DNA from: a virus
Lineage: Duplodnaviria; Caudoviricetes
Strand: one strand, 5' to 3'
Length of the DNA stretch: 64,000 nt
IMG/VR virus record: IMGVR_UViG_3300021431_000086
Span: 61,932 to 125,931 of that record
The notes under the pieces were generated by a model. It was given only the letters and a program-made list of their open reading frames with translations, was not told where the DNA came from and ran no database searches. Below are positions 57,011 to 64,000 of this stretch, piece after piece. A program made the position numbers and the translations under genes. Positions within the stretch are counted from its first letter, which is position 1; each line of letters starts with the position of its first letter.

Positions 57011-59242
57011 TCAAGCGGCTAAGAGACGCTTGATATCCTCTGGCACATCGCCGCCGGCCAGCACGTTCTTCAGCATAGCGGCCACGTCCTCCTTCGTATA
57101 GCACTTCTTGGCCTGCTCCTCGGCAGTCTTGGCTGCCTGACGTTCGGCCTTCTTCTCTGCCCACTGCTGCTTTTTCTCCTCCCAGCGGGCCTTGCCGTCG
57201 CGCTGGGCTTGCTCATAGATAGCCATGCAAGCATCCTCGGCGCGGCGCCAGGCATCCACGTCGGCGGTGTTGTAGGCTCCTGCCAGTGCCTTGGCTACGT
57301 CCATGTAGCGGACACCGAACAGCAGGATATAGACCTTGTTGCCGTTCAGGTCGCGGCGGTAGGATGCACTCACGTACTTGTGCCCTGCATCCTTGTGCGT
57401 CTTCCAGCGCGGGTCATCCTCGCCGCCGAAGCCGATAATCTGAGGGGCCGTGTCGCCGCGCTTGGTCTTATAGGTGGAGAACTGCACCTCCGGCAGTCCT
57501 GCGAAGTAGTTCTCTGCTGTCATGGGCACGCTGTCCTCGGCCACCTTGATAGAAGCAATAGCCTGGTTGTTCACTGTGTTAGCACTCTCGTTCTGGGTCA
57601 TGTTCTTCTTTGCCATAGTTGTAGATGATTTTGAGTTGTTGTTTTCTGTTGTTGTTTCGTCGCCGTCCGTACCCGTCGGGGGTACGGTAGGCGTTTCGGT
57701 CTGCTCCACAAAACTCGTGTGGCAGAAGATGCGATGCACGATGGTCTGGGCATACTCGCGGTAGTTGTAGTGTCCGAAGAGTTCACGCTCGAAGCGTCCG
57801 AAGTGCTGCGCCACCTCCTCGGCCTTGCCCTCGAAGTCATACGGCTCATCGTCCACGATGTCCGGCACGATAGCCTTCAGTTTCTCCGTCAATTCGGCTT
57901 TCTTCGCCTCGCTCATCTCGCGGCTTATGCGAATGTCACCCGCCGTGCCACCCATAAACTTCATGGCGAAGTCCGTATGTTCCTCCTTTGTCGTATAGGA
58001 AGAATCCGTCATGCCGTCGAAACAGTCGTGATAGGTCACGAAGATGTCGAGGTCGGTCTTTTCCGCAAATTCCTCCTCCGTAGGTCCGTCCCACCACGTC
58101 AGTTCCCAGTCACCACCCCATCCATGATGCACTTTCAGCGAGAACTTCACACCAGGGAACGCCGTCTGCACCATAGCAAGAATGTTCTTCTTCCTCACAT
58201 TCTGCTCCTTGCGCTGCGCCTGGTCGAAGGCCTTCTTTTCCTTCTCCAGTGCCTTCTTGCGCTCCTTGCCATAGATGCCACGCAATTTCTGGTCAGCCTC
58301 GTAGAGTACATGGTTGGCTTCCTCACGCGCCTTGGTATAGGACGCAATAGGTTCCATCAGATGCTCCCATTTCTCACACTTCTTACGGTATGCCTCCAGC
58401 CTATCCTTATACTCACGTTCCTGCCGTTCCTGTTCCTGGCGGTTACGCTCGTTGTTGCGCTCACGGATAGCCGTCAGCACCTTTTCAAACATTGTGTTCC
58501 ACGTCAGCGGTACGAGAATATATCGGCTGTAACTATAGCCCTCGGTATCAACGATATACCAGCGGTCGCCGCATGCGATAGCCACGCCCAGCGTATAGAA
58601 CGTGCGCTGCTTCCACTCCACCAGCTTGCCATAGTCGCCAAAGGTGCTGCACTCCTCGTCCGTCACGTCGTCGCTGGCAGAGCCATAGTCACCCTCCGTC
58701 AGTTGCTTCACGATGCCCTCCAGCACCTCGGCACTCTTCTGCTCGCTGATAGGGTCGAAGTCCTCCTCCGAGAGCGTGAACACCCTCGTCACTTTCACCA
58801 ACCTTGGCTTCAGTTCCTTCTCGTCGCTATTCTCGCGCTCATACACCATGTACTCCATGTTCGAGATAGCATGGGGCAGACCACCCTCGCACTTCAGTCC
58901 CGAGTCCAGTGCCCACACGAAACTGCCTGCAACGGGTGCCGGCTGTCCGTTCATCACATGCTCGTCGGCCAGCATCGTGTAGCCCTTATAGGCCGACTGC
59001 TCAAACCGCTGCTGCCTGTCCTCCACGATGGCGCGTGCCACCTCCTCAGCCTGTGCGACCATCTCCTTGCCGAAAGCATCGAGATAGGCGGCGCGGGACA
59101 GGGGCGAAAGCCCTGAGCCGTCCCATCCGAAGCAGATAGAGTGATGACCCTCTTCGTTATACTCTGCGGTCATAGCCGCGTTACTGAACACTTCCACCAG
59201 TCTGTCCGACAGGCGGTCCAAAGTCATATTCTTGATTGCCAT
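57011..59242 (-). CDS. Polyvalent-type protein with LPD29-like domain; probable in-frame fusion with a second gene starting at 57616
   Basis: KNILAMVQTAFPGVKFS...LTWWDGPT...FDGMTD; internal start context before MAKKNMT. Confidence 0.65.
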   Translation of the reverse strand: MAIKNMTLDRLSDRLVEVFSNAAMTAEYNEEGHHSICFGWDGSGLSPLSRAAYLDAFGKEMVAQAEEVARAIVEDRQQRFEQSAYKGYTMLADEHVMNGQPAPVAGSFVWALDSGLKCEGGLPHAISNMEYMVYERENSDEKELKPRLVKVTRVFTLSEEDFDPISEQKSAEVLEGIVKQLTEGDYGSASDDVTDEECSTFGDYGKLVEWKQRTFYTLGVAIACGDRWYIVDTEGYSYSRYILVPLTWNTMFEKVLTAIRERNNERNRQEQERQEREYKDRLEAYRKKCEKWEHLMEPIASYTKAREEANHVLYEADQKLRGIYGKERKKALEKEKKAFDQAQRKEQNVRKKNILAMVQTAFPGVKFSLKVHHGWGGDWELTWWDGPTEEEFAEKTDLDIFVTYHDCFDGMTDSSYTTKEEHTDFAMKFMGGTAGDIRISREMSEAKKAELTEKLKAIVPDIVDDEPYDFEGKAEEVAQHFGRFERELFGHYNYREYAQTIVHRIFCHTSFVEQTETPTVPPTGTDGDETTTENNNSKSSTTMAKKNMTQNESANTVNNQAIASIKVAEDSVPMTAENYFAGLPEVQFSTYKTKRGDTAPQIIGFGGEDDPRWKTHKDAGHKYVSASYRRDLNGNKVYILLFGVRYMDVAKALAGAYNTADVDAWRRAEDACMAIYEQAQRDGKARWEEKKQQWAEKKAERQAAKTAEEQAKKCYTKEDVAAMLKNVLAGGDVPEDIKRLLAA

Positions 59243-59267
59243 AGTTGTATGTCGTTTTAGTTGGTTA

Positions 59268-59498
59268 TTACTTTTCTGCCATCCATACGTCACAGATAGC
59301 GATTGTGTGGATATAGTTGCCTTGTGCATCCAGCACGCGGAACTCGTTCTTCAGTTCCGTCTGCTCCAGCCTGCGATCGTCGGGCTTGTGTTCATAGATG
59401 CTTTTCATTGCGCTCTCGAAGGTGGGATATGCCCTGAAGGGCACCATAGTGATGTCGCCGTCCACCTTCTTTCCGACGAAATAGATTTTCTTGCTCAT
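59268..59498 (-). CDS. Hypothetical protein
   Basis: MSKKIYFVG..., 76 aa. Confidence 0.6.
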   Translation of the reverse strand: MSKKIYFVGKKVDGDITMVPFRAYPTFESAMKSIYEHKPDDRRLEQTELKNEFRVLDAQGNYIHTIAICDVWMAEK

Positions 59499-59668
59499 AA
59501 CAGTTTTGAATTTTTGATAGGTTGATGTTAGGGCAAAATGCCCCGATTTGTCACACACATTTAACAATTTTTAGAGTGTTCCTTGTAGCCAAAAATGACT
59601 ACCCACACAGCGGCGTAGATAGTCATGGCGATAAGAATGTCAGATAATGCTTGCATAGTGGTTAGGGG

Positions 59669-61093
59669 TTATGCTTCTCCTTGAAAGTTCAGTTGCGGCA
59701 GTTCTTCCTGTGCGTCCTTCACACAATAGGCTTTCACGTCGTCATAGATGCAGCGCAGCACGTCCACGTCTTGCGTCACGAAGTGTCCGGCATAGTCCTT
59801 CGCCACCTCCTCGAAGGTCAGGTGCGTCTCGTAGCGCAAGATAGAGTCCATTGTTTCATAGTCCATATCCTCGTCGAAGGCCGTATAGGACGATGCCTTG
59901 CGCTTGCGCCTCCGTCCGAAGCCGTACCAGCCATCGTCCCACGCGCTCCATGCGTCCGTGTACTCATGCGGATAGCGGTCGATCAGCGTCGCGCAGATGT
60001 GCCGTGCGAAGTCCAGTGCGTTCTTCAGTTCGCTCCACACGGTACACTCCTGGTCGGTGTGGGGGTTGTAGTAGCCGCACGATATGTTGATGCAACTCAC
60101 CCCCACCCCGTTCTCGCATAGCGTTTCCACGTCGGTCATCAGCCCGTCGGTAGGCTCATAGCCGAACTGCTCATAGCCCAGCGCATCCACGAAGTCCTGC
60201 GAGCAGATAGGCCCAGAGATTTCCGTAATGAGGTCGCCACCGTTCCTGCGGTCAGGTTCGATGCAATAGAGCACGTCCTTGAAGAAGTCCATGTCGGCCT
60301 GACGCGAGCCCACGCATCCCACTTCCTCACCCACGAAGAAGGCACACTTCAGCACGTCGCGCTCGGCCAATAGTTCCAGTGCAATCCACAGCCCGTTCTT
60401 GTCGTCGGCACCGAGTCCCTGCTGTGCCTTAGATTTGGGCGAATAGGCAAAGATGATGTCGTCGTCGTAGATAGTCTCGAAGTCCTCCAACTCGCCACCC
60501 ACATGCAGGTGGAAGCCCGTACACTTGCCGCGGGCGTAGGCAATCCACCGCTCCGTGAAGTCCTCGCACATCCACACCTTCACCTGCTCGGGCAGGATAG
60601 CGCCAAACGGATTCTCGTCGATGAGTCGGCGCATGAACTTACCGGCCTTCATCTTGTAAATCTTGTCATTCTCGCGGTTGCGATAGCGCACGGCCTTGAA
60701 GTCGCCGTCGAAGCACAGACCGCCGTCCATCACCTCATACTGCATCGACTTCAGCCGATAGAGGCAGCCACGCTGTTCCTTGTCATAGAGGAGATAGCAG
60801 TCGGTCGTATAGCCGTCGTAGTTGCCCAGCGGATAGACCTCCGTGTGCATAGCGTCCAGCACAAGCTGGCGCATGTCGGCCATAGACTTCAGAGTATAAA
60901 ACCGCTCCATGAAGGCGCGGACTGTGCGCTGGCCTTTGTTCCACGCCGTAGTGCGCACTGCGTTGACAAACTCGCGGCTCGTCAGCAGAGCCAATAGTAT
61001 CTTGTTGCGGCGACTCTTCACACCGTTTCCATGTTCCTGTATGCCGAAGATTTCCTTGAAACCCTCGTAGCCGTTGAATTGATAGTACAACAT
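59669..61093 (-). CDS. Fusion of a phage hypothetical N-terminus to an N-truncated M28/M20-like Zn peptidase
   Basis: GLGADDKNG, FFVGEEVGCVGS, DRR and NISCGYYNPHT present; the first HxD Zn ligand is not evident. Confidence 0.7.
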   Translation of the reverse strand: MLYYQFNGYEGFKEIFGIQEHGNGVKSRRNKILLALLTSREFVNAVRTTAWNKGQRTVRAFMERFYTLKSMADMRQLVLDAMHTEVYPLGNYDGYTTDCYLLYDKEQRGCLYRLKSMQYEVMDGGLCFDGDFKAVRYRNRENDKIYKMKAGKFMRRLIDENPFGAILPEQVKVWMCEDFTERWIAYARGKCTGFHLHVGGELEDFETIYDDDIIFAYSPKSKAQQGLGADDKNGLWIALELLAERDVLKCAFFVGEEVGCVGSRQADMDFFKDVLYCIEPDRRNGGDLITEISGPICSQDFVDALGYEQFGYEPTDGLMTDVETLCENGVGVSCINISCGYYNPHTDQECTVWSELKNALDFARHICATLIDRYPHEYTDAWSAWDDGWYGFGRRRKRKASSYTAFDEDMDYETMDSILRYETHLTFEEVAKDYAGHFVTQDVDVLRCIYDDVKAYCVKDAQEELPQLNFQGEA

Positions 61094-61127
61094 CGCAATA
61101 GTGATTTTGAGTGTTAGTAATTCGTGT

Positions 61128-61331
61128 TCAGGCATAGAGTCCGTCGAACGGGTCCCATGTATATTGCACGGAATAGACGTGGGTGTCCTTGCCCATTTCC
61201 TCGCGCATGTCGGCCAGGGCCTGACGTGCGGCTGCACTTGTCTGTGATACACTTGCCCCTGCGATAGCGGCCATAGCGATGATAGTTGCACGCTTCTTGG
61301 CGGTGCTTGCCATGTTCTTTTTAGTTGCCAT
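61128..61331 (-). CDS. Hypothetical protein
   Basis: MATKKNMAST..., 67 aa. Confidence 0.6.
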   Translation of the reverse strand: MATKKNMASTAKKRATIIAMAAIAGASVSQTSAAARQALADMREEMGKDTHVYSVQYTWDPFDGLYA

Positions 61332-61369
61332 AATTTTGAATTTTGAATTTTTTGAGTTGCTTTTGAATG

Positions 61370-61406
61370 ATTTTGAGCGGAGCGGCCCCACAGATAGAGC
61401 CGCCCC
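61370..61406 (-). repeat. Conserved G-U-rich mRNA hairpin, copy 2
   Basis: GGGGCGGCTCTA...TGGGGCCGCTCC. Confidence 0.75.
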
Positions 61407-61417
61407 ACACGGATAGA

Positions 61418-61654
61418 TTATGCTGCGTCCTGATAGTGCGCAGTCCTCCCCATTACGGAGGAGTCAGAGAGATTCTTTTCGTTGCGTTCTGATTCGCGCT
61501 CTACGCGGCGAAACAAAACGCACGACACACAAAGCATGGGCAGGGCATAGATTGCCTGCACTGGATTCTCCTCTACTCCTGTAAGCAGGGCGAGAGCCGC
61601 CACGAAAAGGATAGTGGCGACAAGGATAGTTCTTGTTGTTTTTGTTGTTTTCAT
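61418..61654 (-). CDS. Two-TM small membrane protein
   Basis: Two hydrophobic segments. Confidence 0.6.
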   Translation of the reverse strand: MKTTKTTRTILVATILFVAALALLTGVEENPVQAIYALPMLCVSCVLFRRVERESERNEKNLSDSSVMGRTAHYQDAA

Positions 61655-61854
61655 TTTACGTCAAAATTAAATGCTGAATTGATAAATTTTCGGAGCGCAT
61701 CGGCTCGCATAGGCGGTTCTATCTTTCGCCTGTGCTCATAGTCACGGGCGAAGGCATAGAGAATTTGTTTTACGTCGCTCTCCTGATAGGTGCGACTGTC
61801 CCGCTCCTGCACATGGGCAGGGCGAAACTCGATGATTTTACAGGGTTCTCCCAT
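61651..61854 (-). CDS. Hypothetical protein
   Basis: 67 aa. Confidence 0.55.
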   Translation of the reverse strand: MGEPCKIIEFRPAHVQERDSRTYQESDVKQILYAFARDYEHRRKIEPPMRADALRKFINSAFNFDVK

Positions 61855-61865
61855 AGGCAGATAGG

Positions 61866-62165
61866 TTATTTGATAATTTCGGGTCCGATTTCTACTTCAT
61901 AGTGAGTGCGTCCCTTGGCCTTGCCCGTGTGCTCATAGTCGCGGAACGATGAGCGCAGTTCCTCTCCGTCGATTTCCTCAATAGAGCTGAAGTTGTCGTC
62001 GTAGGTACACGCCAGGTTTATCCTTCCTTCGTACTTGTCGCATAGTGCTTCGTACTTGGCCTTGGCCTTGTCTTCACTCTCTGCACGATAGTAATGGTTC
62101 GTGCTCACAGTTATATCGCCATTGATAGTGCGATGTTCTGTTACTACCCAAATGTAGTTTTTCAT
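61866..62165 (-). CDS. Hypothetical protein
   Basis: 99 aa. Confidence 0.6.
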   Translation of the reverse strand: MKNYIWVVTEHRTINGDITVSTNHYYRAESEDKAKAKYEALCDKYEGRINLACTYDDNFSSIEEIDGEELRSSFRDYEHTGKAKGRTHYEVEIGPEIIK

Positions 62166-62169
62166 TTTT

Positions 62170-62213
62170 TTTGAATTTTGAATTGTGAATTATGAATTAT
62201 GAATTATGAATTG
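62170..62213. repeat. Heptamer tandem repeat (TGAATTN)
   Basis: ttgaattttgaattgtgaattatgaattatgaattatgaattg. Confidence 0.8.
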
Positions 62214-62220
62214 TCTCAAT

Positions 62221-62300
62221 AGTAGAAGTGGTGGGAGTCGAACCCACTTGCATACGCTGATAGCATACGCCCATAGCCTTCCATGTTGCCATGCACTCCT
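62221..62300 (-). ncRNA. tRNA-like element
   Basis: 7-bp acceptor AGGAGTG/CACTTCT + A; T arm GTGGG-TTCGACT-CCCAC; non-canonical D/anticodon region. Confidence 0.6.
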
Positions 62301-62914
62301 CCTTCGTTCGTACCATGTGCGCCCTCATACGTGACGGCATAGTACGTTGATAGTCTTTTCTTGGCCCATTTTGGTTACTTCGAGATGTTTTTGACCTGTG
62401 TATAGTTTCCGCTCGTGCTTACTTCATCGCGCCATACACATTACTAACCGCACACGTTTTACCGCGCACTCCTCTTCTCCCTGATAGGCTGAGCCATACC
62501 TCTTCTGTTTATAGTCCGGTATTCGCAGACTTCACCCTATAGCCTGTCACCCTATAGGGGCTGTATCATTTTGCGATAGATACACTTTCTCCACCGCGTA
62601 TTTTATTACACACCTTTTGCACCCCGTATCAAATGCAAATAGATAGAACTTGTAAGGTACGTTCCCGTGTCCCCTTTGCCCCTAAAATCGGGGTGCATAC
62701 TTTTTGCGCATAGCACAAAATTCTGCTGCAATAACTCTGCAGGATAGCACTATATTTGTACCCGTTTCTAAAAGTGCTTTTTGTTTGTCAAAGACCGGTA
62801 CCTTTGTGCTGCTCTCGAGCAATAAAATCATGCTCCGCGTATTGTCGCGCTGCTCTAAATCAAGCAAGCAAGCGACAAAGGTAACTACCTATCAAGCGGG
62901 TAACTCGCTTTGTT

Positions 62915-62960
62915 TGCAGGGGACGGGGGTAACGATCCCCCGTGCGCTCCGTGCTCCCCT
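62915..62960 (-). ncRNA. tRNA-like minihelix
   Basis: AGGGGA/TCCCCT stem with GGGGG-ATCGTTA-CCCCC T-arm variant. Confidence 0.4.
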
Positions 62961-62972
62961 TATACTGCTATA

Positions 62973-63605
62973 TTACGCAGTTTTTGCCATGATAACGGCA
63001 AATTGCTCTATAGTAATTTTGCCGTTATTATAGTCTGCGCGCGCTTGCTGCTGCTGCGCTTTAATGGCTGCGCGCTCTGCTCTCCTTGCTTTGCTCTCCG
63101 CTGCTCTCTGCGCTGCGCGCTCTGCTTTGTCCTGCTCTGCTGCAAATGGTGCAAGCACAGCACGGAACGCAGTGACATAACCGCATTCGCTTTTAGTAAT
63201 GGCGCGATACATTATAAGGGCGTTTGAATTGGTCGCGGATAGGCGTAATTCGTTACCTTTGTCCGTGACAATTTCCCCGTGCTGCAGCTCTGCAGCTGTG
63301 TGCTCTCCTTTATATTTGCAGAGATAGCAGGGACGGCCGAGAAAATCGGGGGTAAACATGCGGAGTGAAAATTCACGCTCCCCGCTTACTGCGCAGTACA
63401 TGCGCTGCAGGTCTCGCACGTTAATATTATCCATATATTCGTTTTTGCGTGCCATGCGGTTAAGAACATTAACGTAATACATATTACTACGTTCTTTAAG
63501 GTCTTCGCGTGCTCCCTTTGCCGCATTGTTAAGGGCAGTGCGGTTCGTCACTTGCTGCGCTGCTGCGCTGCTGCAAATCTCATTGAAATTCTTTTTGTTA
63601 GCCAT
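62973..63605 (-). CDS. Hypothetical protein, first early gene
   Basis: 210 aa, Ala-rich C-terminal helix, downstream of a consensus promoter. Confidence 0.7.
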   Translation of the reverse strand: MANKKNFNEICSSAAAQQVTNRTALNNAAKGAREDLKERSNMYYVNVLNRMARKNEYMDNINVRDLQRMYCAVSGEREFSLRMFTPDFLGRPCYLCKYKGEHTAAELQHGEIVTDKGNELRLSATNSNALIMYRAITKSECGYVTAFRAVLAPFAAEQDKAERAAQRAAESKARRAERAAIKAQQQQARADYNNGKITIEQFAVIMAKTA

Positions 63606-63676
63606 AACTTTTTAATTTTGAGTGAGTTAAACATTTTTTTTACTTTTGCAGTCCTTTTTTGTACTGCTTTCGGGGA

Positions 63677-63707
63677 CAAAGTTACGGCTTTTTTTCAAAC
63701 TAACAAA
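63677..63707 (-). promoter_or_regulatory. Consensus Bacteroidetes primary-sigma promoter driving the early region
   Basis: TTTG(63707-04)-N19-TAACTTTG(63684-77). Confidence 0.8.
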
Positions 63708-63749
63708 GTATTTTTGCAATTATTTTTTGTTTTTTTTCAAACTTTTTTC

Positions 63750-63825
63750 TAATGTATTGATTTACAATTATTTACAAATTAAGATTTTGCCGTATTTTGC
63801 TAAATGCTTAAATATCAATGATTTA
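63750..63825. promoter_or_regulatory. Two IHF-consensus-like sites
   Basis: WATCAA-N4-TTR at 63762-63750 (-) and 63813-63825 (+). Confidence 0.4.
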
Positions 63826-63870
63826 GGCATTTTCACTATATATTGATATATAATGTACCCGCGCGCGTAT

Positions 63871-64000
63871 GGCGGGGGGTGTCGGGAGGGTGTCGGGGTG
63901 TCGGGAGGGTGTCGGGGTGTCCTGATGATGGCGGGAGGGTGTCGGGGTGTCCTGATGATGGCGGGAGGGTGTCGGGGTGTCCTGATGATGGCGGGAGGGT
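63871..64000 (+). repeat. G-rich tandem repeats (30-bp unit, 3.3 copies, runs off the edge)
   Basis: cgggagggtgtcggggtgtcctgatgatgg at 63902, 63932, 63962 and partial at 63992; shorter units from 63871. Confidence 0.92.

Noticed and set aside
57719-59116. Long + strand ORFs (465 aa here; also 53203-54291 and 4641-5465)
   Set aside because: They are antisense shadows of codon-biased minus-strand genes and have no recognisable motifs or start context.
59669-61408. 579-aa ORF as given in the track
   Set aside because: The upstream extension overlaps gene 61128-61331 and intergenic repeats; ATG 61093 has the proper leader.
62221-62300. Canonical tRNA-Asp (loop CT-ATC-AG)
   Set aside because: No proper D arm, the stem is too long and sits only 2 nt from the T arm; kept as tRNA-like only.
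63871-64000. CRISPR array
   Set aside because: The 30-bp units are directly adjacent with no unique spacers, and there are no cas genes.
1-64000. Stop-codon reassignment
   Set aside because: Long genes are intact in the standard code, and TAG, TGA and TAA all end tightly packed genes.

Overview
A 64-kb segment of a large tailed dsDNA phage or prophage of a Bacteroidales host, most likely Prevotella-like. Support: TAnnTTTG/TTTG promoters, A-rich translation starts without Shine-Dalgarno sites, and short 7-10-bp intergenic tandem repeats. It is probably temperate (XRE repressor divergent from a Cro-like gene), although no integrase is in the window. Layout: (1) 1-12.6 kb, tail/fibre and lysis-associated genes transcribed divergently from a palindromic double promoter, including a >1039-aa fibre gene missing from the ORF track and a PI-PLC-like gene. 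(2) 12.7-36.0 kb, a leftward replication/accessory operon: C5 MTase, TrpF-like barrel, many small hypotheticals, DUF4406, IF-1, primase-helicase, a poly-G-frameshifted MTase and an SPFH protein. (3) 36.3-41.7 kb, the repressor, a pseudoknotted ncRNA and an uncharacterised 7-gene HTH/Gly-rich coiled-coil cassette, bracketed by two copies of the repressor 3' end. (4) 41.8-63.7 kb, a leftward early region of about 45 mostly small genes (DUF4942-type MTase, BRCT, LPD29-like, peptidase fusion). (5) IHF-like sites and G-rich tandem repeats at the right edge. No capsid, terminase, tape-measure, integrase, CRISPR array, RT or rRNA genes were recognised. The best candidates for new biology are an apparent RNA-based control layer over the early region (sRNAs antisense to early translation starts, nested long-range inverted repeats, tRNA-like elements), a phage-specific late-promoter motif TGCCCTTGA-N23/24-TTG, and the Gly-rich cassette. 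All family calls come from motif recognition by eye, not database searches.
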